64,000 bases of DNA from Vicugna vicugna (GCA_013265495.1 MU058815.1:442523-506522); one strand, 5' to 3'. Numbered from the stretch's first letter, positions 1-12,713 are shown. Numbers and translations are program-made. Notes: generated by a model not told the origin, from the letters alone.

Positions 1-799
1 CTTCTGCCTCCACACCCGGCTAACAGAGCGCCCACCGGTGGGGACCGAGGGTAGAGCTGCACAGGAGGGGTGCCACGTGGGACTCACGCTGTCCTGCCTG
101 CCAGCCGAGGTGTCTCTGAGGTTCGGGGAGGCCTCAGACCCCTGCACACCATGTGCCCCAAGGCACCCCTTCCTGGTCCTGCCCCCGGTCACTCTGTGCT
201 GTTCAAGAAGCAACAGCAGGGGCCGCTTTTTGAACAAGGTGGGCAGCTGAGAAGGCAGCCCTGTCATTCTCCACGTGTCCAGGATGCACAGCCACCAGAA
301 GCCGCCCAGGGTGCACCATGAGGCCTCGTCCCGTTCGGCTCCCTGGGGGATGTGTGGCTGAGTCAGTGGGCAGGGTGCTCGCCCCCCAAAATTAGTCCAC
401 AGAGCATCTGTGCCTTGAGAGAGGACCCGGGGGATCAACCCCACCAGATGATAGCGGAGAAGGAGCCGCAGGAATTGATGAGGCAGGTAAGTATGCTGAC
501 AGCCTCCACCAGGGGACAGCAGGACTGTGGGGGAGATGGAGAAGTCTGCACGTGTGACCCGAGGCTGGGCCCGGGGGCGACTCGCCTCCCAGCCCCTGGT
601 CAGGCGCACACGAGTGTACATGTGCGAGTAGCAGACGCTGGGAAACAGGTCTGCTAGGAGCGGAGAAGCCAGGAGAGGGGAGGGAGCTGGGGGGCGAGGG
701 GTACAGAGAAGGCCCTCCCTCATTCAGGGAGGGGAGGGGAGGTGGGGCCGCAGCAGCCACCTGAGACCAGGTCCCCAAAAGTGCCCCCCAAACTCTGCC

Positions 800-980
800 T
801 TTACACACGGACACCTTGACCTCAACATACTCACACACCAGGAAACTACACACACACACACACACACACAAATACACACTCACAGCCACACATACGCTTC
901 ACACACACCAGAACCACACACGTGTAACACACACACATTACAGGCATGCAGTACACACACACTCGCGCGCACACACACAC
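800..980. repeat. Imperfect (CA)n low-complexity/microsatellite tract
   Basis: Long interrupted CA runs; purest run about 848-869. Confidence 0.9.
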
Positions 981-2186
981 CAGGAAACCAAGAGCAAGAG
1001 AACTAAGTTTACCGAAGGAGAAACCCTATAGTGACCTGTGAATGCAGCCTTGATAATTTAGTGAAACATTAATCCTTAAGTACCTAGAGACCAGAAGTGC
1101 CCGGCCTCCACCCCGCTGGTTCTCCCAGCAACAGTAGCCTCACGTCGAACAGGTCGTTGCCGAGCCACACAGACAGTAGCGAGGAGGGAACCGACCCCAG
1201 CACTTGATCGGCCTGGGCTCCGGGTGAGTATGAGTGGGGCCCAGGTGCCCCGCACCACGCAGAACGAGGATGAGGCGGCGGGGGCGGCCATCGGGCCCCC
1301 GAGACTGGAACATCCCCTCGGAGGCGGGATGGTGGAGAGGCTGAGTGGTGCCAACCAGCTGAAGCAGTGAAGCCTGCGGAGAGTTCGTGCCACACCCCAC
1401 TTCCCCAGGGTCCCCCAGCTCCATGCAGGCGCGGGCACACCAGGGCCAGAAGGCATAGCTGGTTTGAAATCTGGGGCCCATTTTGCCCTGAAACCTTCCA
1501 CTCGTCTTTGTCATAAGACCACAGTCCCCAAACTGTCACTACTACCCCACCTACTTTGTACCTCAAGATTCTGTGAAAAACAGAGGAACATAAGCCCCCT
1601 TTTGGAGGCAAAAAACCTTTTAAGTCAAGAATGCACATCTGTTTTTAAGAAGGGAGTCCGTTATTAATTAAAGAGCACCTAAGAAGCAAAACACTGGAAA
1701 TTAAAAAACGCACTGCTTAATCAGGTCCCAGACCATAAATCCCTTTTCTGGGCAGATCGGAAAGAAAAGCTACAGGGTTTTCCTATGAACAAGTGGAGAA
1801 GCTGCATGACAGGCCCTCCGCCGTACTGAGCTGGTCACGGGGGCACCGGGCTCCGGACACCATCGCCCGCGATTTCTCTCATGTCCTTCCGTCATTCAAT
1901 TAACGAGACAAACCGCTGCATCAAACTGTTTCACTTAACTGCCCAACTGTGCCCGTCTGAAACGCAAACTACACTAGAAAGAGGGGTGGTATAAATTACA
2001 TGGTGTATATAAACAGATAAATTACACAGTATATCCAGTATAAATTACACCCTATCCAACTGTACCCACTGGAAATGGAACCCTGCATGCTAGCAGTTTC
2101 TGGGTGTGTTTCAGATACCTCTGGGAAGTCCTAAGTGTGCAGCTAGAAGAGACAGTTTGTAAAGTTGCTTCAGAAGTAACCAAACC

Positions 2187-2527
2187 AATCGGGGGGGGAA
2201 AAAAAAAAAGGACACAAATGAACTCATTTACAAAACAGAAACAGACTCACCAAACATAGAAAAGAAACTCATGGTTACCAGGGGGAAAGGGGGTGGGAAG
2301 GGATACACTGGGAGTCCGAGATTTGCAGACACTATCATGTATAAAAGAGACAAACAAGTGTCTTCTGTACAGCACAGGGAACTCTATTCAGTATCTCGTA
2401 GTCACCTATAACGAAAAAGAACATGGAAACGGCTATGTGTACGTGTATGCATGACTGAAACGTTACGCTGTACGCCGGAAACTGACGTAACACTGTGAAC
2501 TGGCTCTACTTAAGTTAAAAAAAAAAA
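2187..2527 (+). mobile_element. L1 3'-end fragment (artiodactyl/camelid type), 5'-truncated
   Basis: gacacaaatgaactcatttacaaaacagaaacagact...gcacagggaactctattcagtatc...poly(A); flanked by the direct repeat aag(t/g)aaccaaacc (TSD). Confidence 0.9.
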
Positions 2528-2839
2528 GGAACCAAACCTACAGTGCCCTCCTTGGCTTAGATTCCCTCCAGTTTAGAACTATGTTCTAGGTTCTCCAACA
2601 AGAGGAAAAGCTCCATGTAATTTCAAATGCAGGCTCAGCACAGGATCTCCATCCACAGAGAGCTGAAGACAAAAGTGCTGTGACGTCTCTCAGCCTGAGG
2701 CACAGGAGGGGCCTTGTTTATTCTTCCACAGCTCCTGTGGAAAGGCCACTTGTACCTGTGCCAGGGGCCACTGGTTGGGACTAGAGCATCAGGCCAAGAG
2801 CACAAAGGCCCTTGAGAAGAGACCATATGCAGAGTATCT

Positions 2840-3005
2840 CCCTCAGTTCATTCAACAAGTCCCAACACTTCAATCCACATAATGGGGTGGTCATGCCCAT
2901 TTTGCAGATGCAGAAACTGAGGCTCACAGTGAAGAAATAACTCATAAGGGCTCCACCCAGCTCAAGATTCCAGCTCCAGGACCCTCTGTCTTCGGTGCTT
3001 TCTCC
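2840..3005 (-). mobile_element. MIR SINE fragment
   Basis: MIR core motif cccattttgcagatgcagaaactgaggctcac. Confidence 0.75.
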
Positions 3006-3879
3006 TCCGCAACAAGTGGAAATGCCAAGGCCTAAGGAGAGTAAGTGCTCCCCCAAACTGGCCAGTCCACCTCCCAGGGTGGTCATGGGGGACACAATCC
3101 CAAAGGGGCTGACTGGCGTTCCGTGTGCTCTACAAGTCCCATGTCTCCAAATTCTGCCACGTAGCATGTGAGAACAAAGCATCGTCACCTTAAAGGTTCT
3201 TTATAAAGATAACAATTGTCTCCCTGAAGCCAGCAAACTCCTTCCCCACTAATGGGCCTTCCCCACATTCTCAGTGTCTGGGGAAGCAGCGTGCACTGAC
3301 CCGTCATCGCCACCTGGTCACCCCAGTCGTCCCGGCCACCTTGGGTTCAGGGGGAATGTGAGCAGCGCTGCAGACAAAGGAGACCCACAACAGACTCAGT
3401 TGGTTCGCAGAGCAGCCTCAAAGGGAGCTCATAAAAATACCTGAGAGCGAGGCCCACCAGGAAGGGGACGGCAGTAAACGCCCGCGTCCGCTTGATGCAT
3501 TTAAAGGGACACTGCCACATCCTCAACTCAAAACCCCGAACAGGGGGCGGCGGGCAAGAGTTTGGGGTTGGGGCGAATATGAGTGTCCAGCAGGGAGGAG
3601 CATGGAAGTGAGCAGAGCTGGCGAGCACATGGGGCACTTCCTACCAACTCAGGCCCCTTCCTCGGGGTCAACCGTGGGGCCTGGCAAGTGTCCCAAGAGG
3701 AATCTGTCCCAACCAATCTGTCCTGTGTCGATCACCAGGGCAGTATCTGCACGCGCTGTCTGGTGGGGTCTAGGGGGCAATCGGGGGCCGGTGGGGCAGG
3801 GCACTGGGTGGACAGGCAGTGTTGGCTCCCTCCCGACCCACGAAGGGCCTGGCGCTGGAGTCGAAGCACCACGAGGGCC

Positions 3880-3972
3880 AGGACTTGGCTTATTTTGTTC
3901 ACTGCTGTATCCCCAGCTCTTAAGACAGACTCTGGCACACAGCACAAGCCCAGTAAGTGCTTACTGACTGGA
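3880..3972 (+). mobile_element. L2 3'-end fragment
   Basis: ttattttgttcactgctgtatccccagc...tggcacacag, typical of the L2 terminus. Confidence 0.7.
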
Positions 3973-6019
3973 AAAAACCAAATCCCTTTGCTTTTCCAAA
4001 AACAATCAGTTGATGGCTGACATGTTGTTAAAGGACAGTGGCTGTACATATTCAGAGGAACAAAAAAACCAAGGCGAACCATCCACAAGGCCAGGCATCG
4101 CAGTCCCGCCTGTCGGCGTGGCAGCCTCCTGTGAGCCCAGGGTGGCACCGAGAGCCAGGGTAACTACAGGATACTGGCGTAGGAGAGTCCCCAGATCAGA
4201 GCCGGAGAACCCTCCTGGCTTCACTCTGCCATCACTTGGCCCAAGGATGCCCCAAGTCACCAAGGTCCAAGAATGTCCCATCAGGCGGGCTCAGCTTGGG
4301 GCAGGAGCACCATCTCCCTCCAGACCACCATCCAGAAGTGGGTGGCAGGAGCTAGGCTAAAGCCAGACACGCCCTCACCCGGGAGAAAAGGTGTGACCTG
4401 TTCCGTTTCCCAATAGGGAGACTGAGGCAGAGAGTGGCTAGGGCAGGGGGGCCCCCATTGGCGTGCAAAAAGTGGCCACCAGCCCTACAGAGGACAACGA
4501 GACACACTGTACAGCCCTTCCAAGCTGACAATGTCCAGTCTCCAACCAGGCCTGGGGGGTCATTTCTGATGCCGCCTATGGCGTTAGGAGCCCCTGCTCC
4601 CAAATAACGAGGCAGAGCCTCCAAAAGGGAAAAATCAAACTGCTCGTGACTCACTGCCTTCAGTAGCACCTGCTGCCTCGGACCACACAGGGCTCACGCC
4701 TGCAGAACGCACACCCGCACGTGCGCGCGCACACCCCTCCATTTTTTTTTTCTTTTTTAAAAGACTGCAGCCCTGACTCCACATGGTGGATGCGATGGAG
4801 GAAGGGAGGAAACAAAACTGCACACTTTGCAGAAGACAAAATGGAAATGAAAGCAAATATGAAGAAATAGGGCAGACGGTCCAAGAACTGAAGACAGGGA
4901 GCCGACCAGCTTACTCTTTTTTTTTCAGAGCCAAGAGCAGAACCATTCCTGGGAATTTCTAGATCCCAGCAGAAGACTGCATATTAAAGAAAATGTAGGA
5001 AATTACAGGCTAGATTTATGTGCAACGCTGAATTGCTGGTTTTAAGAAACTATTATTAATGAAGAGGCAAAACTGCTCATTTGAAGAGAATTCTTTTAAA
5101 AAAAAAAGCAGTAATAATTGCTGGGCAGGCATCATGAAACTAAACTCAGGGGAGGGTTTTTTAACCACACAAACCTCTGAGAGGCGTCCACTGTCCCTGG
5201 ATCTCCTGCTGTCCCAGCAGTGACCTCAGCTCTGGCTGCAGGCGGCGGGGGCAGGACTGCAGGATGGCGGCCTCCCTGGGGGCCTGCAGGGGCTGAGTTC
5301 CGGGGAGCCTGTGTGTCCCCAGGCTGCAGGTGGCTCTCCCCCGGGGTGGGAGGAAGCAGGGGGACTGACATTTCAGGAGCTCATCCTGGGATGTCAGCCA
5401 TGACAAACTTGCAGCTTATAGAGAACAGTCCTCTCTGACCGACAGAACCACCTTCAAGGATCTGCGCAGCTGGAGGAAAAGAACCATCCAGAATGCCGCA
5501 GCAGCTGCACCCCCACCAAACCCGGAGCAGCATTCCCACTGGCCCGTGGTGGCAGGGGGCCACGGAAACCACCAAGCCACGATCGCGTGGGTACAGTCCC
5601 AGCTCCAGCAGAAGGACCACTGAACTACAGCCCGGGCCGCCCCTGCGGTGTCTGACCTCCCAAGAGCCGGTGAGGCGGAGCTCCCGGCAGTCTCTCCCCC
5701 AACCCGTGGGCCCTTCCATCACTGAGTTTAAGAAAAACCCTTAGATTGAGTTTATTTTACTGTTTTTTTTTCCTTTCAGTCATGATCATAGGATCTTTGC
5801 ATTATTAAACGGATTTCATCTCATTGTTCTGTATTTTCCTATTAACTCTTTGTATTGTATCTTTGAAAATCACTGATTTGCAATGATTGGGGGAAACCCC
5901 GACCATTTCTTTCCCTCACAGTCTGAGAAGCACAGAGGACTGTGGACACACTGTCCAGGCTCCAACTATACACATTTTCCATCCAGCCCAGTGCATTCAA
6001 GTCTCCAGCCTTTTTATTT

Positions 6020-6180
6020 TTTAAGATATTTTTTAAATTGTGGTAAATACATAAAATATACCAGTGTAACCATCTTTTCAGTGCACAGTTCAGTGGCATT
6101 AAGCACATTCACGTAACTACGCAACCATCACCACACCCATCTCCATAACTTCCACGTCTTGCAGAACTGAAACTCCCCAC
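6020..6180 (-). mobile_element. Old L1 (L1MB-like) 3' end
   Basis: ttgtggtaaatacataaaatataccagtgtaaccatcttttcagtgcacagttcagtggcattaagcacattcac. Confidence 0.75.
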
Positions 6181-7039
6181 TGGACCGCATCTGGTTTTTA
6201 AATCAAGGGAGATAGACTGGCAGGGGCTGAATCATAGCAGCAAATAAAATCTCATTTCATGAGAAAGCTACGTAATTATCTTTAAACCCCAGACAAGAAG
6301 CCATTTATTTACAAGCTCCCCACAAAGTGGTCAAAGAGCCAGCATGCATTTCTCTTCTCCCAGCGGAGTGGCACCACAGCCCCCTGGCCCCTCCTCGCAT
6401 CACGGGTGGGACTGTGCTGGCGTCACAGCGGCTGGCAATGCCCTTCCCAGCACGCAAGTGGATGCAAAGAATTTGTCCAAAACCCAGAGGGAAAGGAAGG
6501 GAAGAATGGACTCGCCTGCAACTCCCTGTGCAAAACCAAAACGTAAGGGCTGGGAAAGGAGATCTGAAAACAGAAGGGGTCGAAAATGAGTTAGTGAAGC
6601 CATCTTTCGGAGAAAACCACACTGTGAACAGCTATCCTATGGGCCTCCTCAGCCAGCACACCACGCAGTTTCCACTCACTTTAATGTCTGAACGGGCATC
6701 TTCCGTTCCTTTGACAGAAGTCGTGTCCTCATTTTTCAAATGGACCCAAGAACAGAGGGAAATGAATTGTGAGCCCCCCACCAGCCCAGGCTCTTCAGGG
6801 CGGGATCAGGGTGCCAGCCCTACCCCTAAGCTCAGGATGCAGCGGGTGGGCCCCGGACACGCTCCACAAGCTGCCTCCAGTGGGGGCGGGGCAGAGGCGC
6901 AGAGTAAGAGGAAGACAGGGAGTCTGGTCCTCCGGGAAACATCTGGCGAGTGTGATGCAACCAACTGTTTTGGAAAATAACTTCCTTGGAGACTGCAGAT
7001 GCCACGACGCTGAACTCCAAGATGAAAAAGTAAAAATAG

Positions 7040-7790
7040 GATTAGCCTAGAATGCAGGAATTCCACTCCTGGGCACTGAGAACTGAGAGCGAAAAAACAT
7101 GGAAAGGAGGGTCTCGGAGAGGAACCTGCACACCCATGCTCACGGGAGCATGATTTGCAATAGCCAAAAGCTGGAAGCAACCCAAGCGTCCATGGATAAA
7201 CGGATGAACAAGATGTTTACGGAACATCAGCCTGAAGAAGGAAGGAAAGCCTTGCAGGGGGAGGGTGGAGCTCAGTGGGAGAGCTCACACTTAGCAGGCA
7301 CCAGGTCCTGGGTTCAATCCCCAGTACCTCCATGAAAATACGTAAGTAAGTCAATAAACCTAATTACCTCCCCCCACCTCCAAAACAACACAACCAAAAG
7401 AAGGGAGGATAGTCTACCACGTGCTACGACGTGGATGAATTTGAAGACATTGTGCTGAGTGAAATAAGCCAACCACTAGTGGACAAGTGCTGATTCCATT
7501 TACGTGAAGTACGTAGAGAAGACAGATTCAGAGACAGAAAGTAGAACGGCGGTTGCCAGGGGCTGGGAAGAGGGGGAGATGGGGAGTTGCTGTTTCATGG
7601 GTGCAGGGTTTCAGTCTGGGAAGGTGACAGAAAGTCCTCTGGATGGATGGTGGTGATGGCTGCACCCTGGTGTACGTGCACTCAGTGCCACTGAGCTGTT
7701 TGACGGCTTGAACCGAATAGTTAAAATGGTCAGCTTTACGTTACATAGAATTTACAACAATTCAAAAATGTTAAAGATTAAAAAAAAACC
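7040..7790 (+). mobile_element. L1MB-like 3' region interrupted by a SINE
   Basis: attccactcctggg...gcaatagccaaaagctggaagcaacccaag...gctgagtgaaataagcc...gagacagaaagtagaa. Confidence 0.8.
7257..7398 (+). mobile_element. tRNA-Ala-derived camelid SINE (Vic-1-like)
   Basis: ggggagggtggagctcagtgggagag...ggtcctgggttcaatccccagtacctcca, tail aataaacctaattacctcccc; degenerate TSD aagaagg(a/g)agga. Confidence 0.88.
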
Positions 7791-7989
7791 CCAAGACGAG
7801 TTGTTAGGTGTCATCCATGCATTTGGGCATTTGGGCATTTGGGCTACGACAAGTTTCAGGGTGCACGGTCCCACCCCCCTTCCAGGCTGCTAAGCCAGGA
7901 ATCGGGTAGTTCGTCACCGCAGACTCGTGCCAGGTTATGTGCTGAAGACCAAGACTCCAGATGTCATAAAGATACTGCCACCCTGACAC

Positions 7990-8650
7990 CAGGGTCACGG
8001 CTCGGGCCTTACGAAGCATGGAGGGGCGGGGGATCTTGTCTCTTCCTCAGGTGGGTCTCTGGCTTCCACTCTAAACTTCGTCATTTTCCCAAAGACACCT
8101 GGCCTCCCCGGAGCAGGGACAGCCTCAGGGTCTCCATCCAAATGTGCACCGTGAGGACACAGGGAGGAGGAGCGTGCGAATGCCGAGGGCACCAGCCAGC
8201 GCGGAGGGACGTCCGCCCTGGAAGCCCCCGCGCGGACCTTCGCGGAGGCGCCACCGCGGGAGGGAGCGGAGGGAGGGGAGGCCGCGCCGGCCGCGCAGCG
8301 GGAGCGCCCTGCCTGCTCCTGGAAGCCGCTGCAGCCGCGCCGGGAGGGGCCTGCGCCCCTGCGGATCCCGGCAAGGACAGGACAGGACGTGATGCGAGCC
8401 CTCTGAGGACCCCGCCTGGATGTCGCAGGCGGCCGGCGGGGGGCGGGCTGGGCGAGAGGGTGAGGCATGGCGGGATTTTCGGGGGGGGGGGGGGTCGGTC
8501 GGGAGCACCTCCCCGGCTTCTGCCTGGGTCACCAGAGGCACGGAAGCGACGCGCCATGCTTGAAGGACAGGCTGGTCGGCCCCAAAGGAGGCTGAGGACA
8601 CGTTTGCTTTTGGAGCGGAGGCCTCTGAGGCACCCGCGGCATATCCAGCA
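7990..8650. promoter_or_regulatory. CpG island; possible alternative promoter/enhancer
   Basis: Dense CpG and high GC, GC-box-like ggggcggg motifs, G14 run at 8481-8494; not repeat-derived. Confidence 0.7.
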
Positions 8651-8756
8651 GAGAGCAGATCACCCAGCAAGACATGTCCCAACTATGGGAACAGGGATGG
8701 CTTTTCGAGTAGAATAGCTAGCTAGGGAAAGGGTAAGAGTTTTTCTTTCCTTTCCT

Positions 8757-8955
8757 TTTTAAACAACTTTTTATTGACGTGTAGTTGATTTACAATGTTA
8801 GTTTCAGGTGTACAGCAAAATGGTTCAGTTATACACATACATATATACAGATTTTTTCTTTTCAGATTCTTTCCCACTATGTTATTATAAGAAATTGAAC
8901 ACAGTGTCCGGCACTGTACAGTAGGTCTTTGTTGTCTATTTTACATATAGTAACA
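8757..8955 (-). mobile_element. L1 3'-end fragment
   Basis: Reverse complement of the L1 3' UTR (ttgatttacaatgttagtttcaggtgtacagc); approximate TSD gaaag..taag(a)gtttt. Confidence 0.85.
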
Positions 8956-9102
8956 GAAAGTATAAGTTTTAACAACTTTTTAACAAGGAGCACAAACAGG
9001 CTACATAGAAATTATTTTAGCAAACACCAATCTCACACTCCCTGTAAGCCAAGTATGGTCCCAAGGGCTTTATAACTATTAAATAATTTAATCCTCTAAA
9101 GA

Positions 9103-9462
9103 AGAGGTGGTATATACATGCAGTGGAATACTACTCGGCCATAAAAAAGAATGAAATAATGCCATTTGCTGCAACATGGATGGACCTAGATTATCACATT
9201 AAGTGAAGGGGAAGGGTGGCAGAGGGGTAGAGTAGGAGTTTGCAATTAAGATAAACACTACTATATATAAAACAGATGAATAACGAGGTCCTACTGTATA
9301 GCACAGGGAACTGTATTAAATTTCTTACAACAACATATAATGAAAAAATTTGAAAATATATATATGCATGTCTATGTATAACTGAACAGCTTCCCTGTAC
9401 ACCTGAAACTAACATTGTAAATCAATCAACTATACTTCAATAAAAACCAAATTTAAAAAAAA
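9103..9462 (+). mobile_element. L1 3'-end fragment
   Basis: aagaggtggtatatacatgcagtggaatactactcggccataaaaaagaatgaaataatgcc...tgtacacctgaaactaacattgtaaatcaa...aataaaaa. Confidence 0.88.
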
Positions 9463-10929
9463 ATCATTTAATCTCCAAGACAACGACCCCATGAGGTAGG
9501 TCGGTACTGGTACTTATCCCCTGTGGAAGGGGTGTTTACATAGAAATCCAAAGGACATCATTACTATGGGGAAATAACCAATATTGGTCCCAAAGAAAGA
9601 CACTTAGAATAAATCCAACATCCCTCCACTGTTTCTTCAAAATTAATTGCTAATTGATATGAATAACAAATAAAATTAATGTCATTAAGAGATTATCCAA
9701 AATGAGCCCCACTGAGATTTTAAAACACGCAATGGAGCCAAAAGAAACAGCACTGAGTTTTCAAGTGGAAGGTGCCAATTAAGAAAAGTGACTCAAATTC
9801 CTAGAAATCAAACCCTTTACAATTTCATTATGAAAACCCATAAAGCTGACACCTTGGGCAGTTGGAGTCTGCTGACCAGGAGGGCAAGTTTCCCTTCCAT
9901 CACCCCAAATTAGCACATCATGGTGGATCTGGCTGTCGGTGGCATCAAGCCAGCAAGAGGAATTTGAGAAGAAACCGCAAGGACCCCAAACCTCTTTCAT
10001 TTACAGAGCACGAGTCCACGGAGCCTAACGCAACACGCCCCTTTGCCAAAAACAACCTATAGAATTTCTTTTGAATGAATAAATTTAAACTGCTTGCTAA
10101 TTGCTTTTCCTATCCAGTGATCTGTCTTCAAATCTCTGGGCCTGGGTGTGCTTTGCCCACCAGCGGAGAGTCAGATCTGTGCACCCTCGACCTCGGGGGG
10201 CACAGGGCCCAGCCCCTCCACACAGCTGCTTCCTCGACCAGGGCTCCTAGGGAAGTGGTCCAAACCAGCAGATGAGAACAGCATGCATGAGGCTGCAGGC
10301 GCTGGTTCCCGTTTCAAAGACCAGGAAAGCTCCTTTTCTTAGGAAAGAAGAGGTTTACCCCCACTGACTAGTAAACCAGGAGTCAGACCTAAACCCAGGA
10401 CAGGTGCCCTCAACCCGCTTCTGCCAGTCAGACTCACATGATGAGCTGCACCTCAGACCTGGTTTTTCCCTCCTGTCCCACCCGTGAATGTTGATCCCTT
10501 GGGAAACTTTCTTTCAAAAGAAGAGAAATACTGTGCTTTTACTTCAAATCTTCTGCTTGTGTGTGTGTGTTAAGTTTTGTGATTCTCATTATTTTTGACC
10601 TGTCAGTTTAGTGGAGAAGCAACTTAAGTGGTCTCCCCACTCACGCAGGCAACCACTGACCCTGCTGCCTGGAGAACAGACTGATGACTGTGTGCCAGAG
10701 GCCACTTCAAAATGCCTGGACCTATTACTATATTACCGCTAATATCTGCACCCCCAAAATATGGTGAGGACCTCTTAACTTCATCTGTGGGAATCCACAT
10801 TGAAGAAATAGCTCTGACTACAGAGAGACTCATATTCAAAGAAATTTGGCTTTATATTTAGTGCATAAAATACATAACACTTTTAATAATATGGAACAAT
10901 GAAAGCAACTTAAAACAGGACAAAAGAAA

Positions 10930-11410
10930 AAATTTTTATACTATTTATTTAGACTAAAACCTAACCAAAACAATTCACCCATTTCTCCCACCTTCCACCC
11001 CCCCATGTCCAGCAAGCACCAATCTGTTTTCTTTATCTCTCAGCTTGTTTCATTCTATCTATCTTAGATTCCACATATAAGAGAGAACATGTGGTATTTA
11101 TTTTTCTCTGATTTATTTCACTTAGCATAATGCCCTCTAGGTCCATCTACGCTGTCATAAATGGAAAGAATTCATTCTTTTTTATGGCCAAGTAATATTC
11201 CATTATATATATACTACTCCATTAGCTACATGACAATGTCTTTTTATTCATTCATCTATCAATGGACACTTAGGTTTTTCCCGTATCTCAGCTATCGTAG
11301 ATAACACTGCAAGGAACACGGGGAGGTGCATGTATCTTTTCAGATTAGTGTTTTCATTTGCTTCAGAGAAATACCCAGATGTGGAATCACTGGATCATAT
11401 GGTAGTTTAA
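10930..11410 (-). mobile_element. L1MA-like 3' region
   Basis: ttagattccacatataagagag...atttcacttagcataatgccctctaggtccatc...atacccagatgtggaatcactggatcatatggtagt. Confidence 0.85.
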
Positions 11411-11619
11411 TTTCCTAGTTTTGATAAATGTGCCCCTCAACGTAGGAAGTTGACATTGGGGAAAGCGTGAAGGGAACTGCACTATTTCTGCAACCTTTTT
11501 ATACATTTAAACTTATTTCAAAATAAATGTGTGTGTTTGTGTGTGTGTATGAGAAAGAGACAGACTCTTCTTCTGTCAGGATGTACTTTCTTCTTAAGTC
11601 AAAACAAAAATCAAACATT

Positions 11620-11720
11620 TGAATGAAAACGAATATATGTATGTGTATGCAGGACTGAAACATGCTGTACATCAGAAATTGACACATTGTAACTGACTAC
11701 TTCAATAAGAAGGAAAAAAA
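11620..11720 (+). mobile_element. Short L1 3' terminus
   Basis: gaatatatgtatgtgtatgcaggactgaaacatgctgtacatcagaaattgacac; flanks aaaatcaa...tttgaa resemble a TSD. Confidence 0.8.
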
Positions 11721-12464
11721 TCAATGTGTTTGAAAGAATGTGGAGAATAAATTTTTCAAAAAAATTAAATCCATCAAACATGCAATAGGTAAAAATTTAG
11801 GATCTTTTTACGTTACAACTCTATTCTTTAAGCAATGTTTAAATGTAATATTTCTTTACTATTGTATTTCCCTTATTGTATTACCCTTAACAGAGTAATT
11901 AGATCTTTAGCTAATATATTCTTGAGATCATAAAAATGGATGGAAATAATTAAGCAATAAGCCAGTAAAGAGTGTAAAATGGCACATCTTTTTAAGGGAA
12001 AAAACTTGATAATATTTATTAAAATTTAAAATTGACATTTTAAAAGAACAAAATAACATATAAAATTGACTACAAAAATCTATCAGATGACAGTATCTGA
12101 TGCAAAGCCTTCAAATGCACTGGTAACAAAGACTCACACTTGCTACAGGCTGAGCAGACTTTCATTCTCTGGAATGAATCACACTGGAAAGATTAGTCTC
12201 TGTTCTCTGTACAGAAAGATCCTGGCCTTGAGAGTCCATGAAAAGGGCATGGAATTCTATGTTGCAAGAACTAAGAGAATTCGCCAGAACCTTTTATAAA
12301 GCTGCCTTCGAGGGCCAAAGCTGACCAAGGGGAAGACAATTACCAATTCCTGCCCCAGGAATTAATCAAAATATGATTAATCAAAATATGACATCAGTTG
12401 AGAAGAAGCTAGTTATCTCTAGTTGGCTATGGGAAGGAAAGAACTACAAATGCCCTGGGATTGC

Positions 12465-12713
12465 CGGGGGCTGGGGTGGGGAAGGATAAACCGGGAGTTC
12501 GAGATTTGTATATACTGACTGATATACATAAAATAGAGAAACAAGTTCATACTGTACAGCACGGAAATATATTCAACATCTTGTGGTAGTTTATGGTGAA
12601 AAAGAATATGAAAATAAATATATGTGTGTTCATGTATGACTGAAGCACGTGCTGTACACCAGAAACTGACACAACATTGTAAACTGAATGTGTCTCAGTT
12701 GGAAAAAAAAAAA
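12465..12713 (+). mobile_element. L1 3'-end fragment
   Basis: Same L1 3' UTR family; aaatgccc TSD on both sides. Confidence 0.85.

Noticed and set aside
483..492. Perfect plus-strand donor CAG|GTAAGT
   Set aside because: Isolated, with no credible acceptor or ORF, and opposite to the inferred transcription strand.
1991..2049. CRISPR-like spaced repeats
   Set aside because: Only 10-bp repeats in mammalian DNA with short, related spacers and no cas genes.
6327..6980. 217-aa ORF
   Set aside because: Non-ATG start, no recognisable homology or splice context.
7839..8717. 292-aa plus-strand ORF and overlapping minus-strand ORFs
   Set aside because: Same CpG-island artefact; no recognisable protein.
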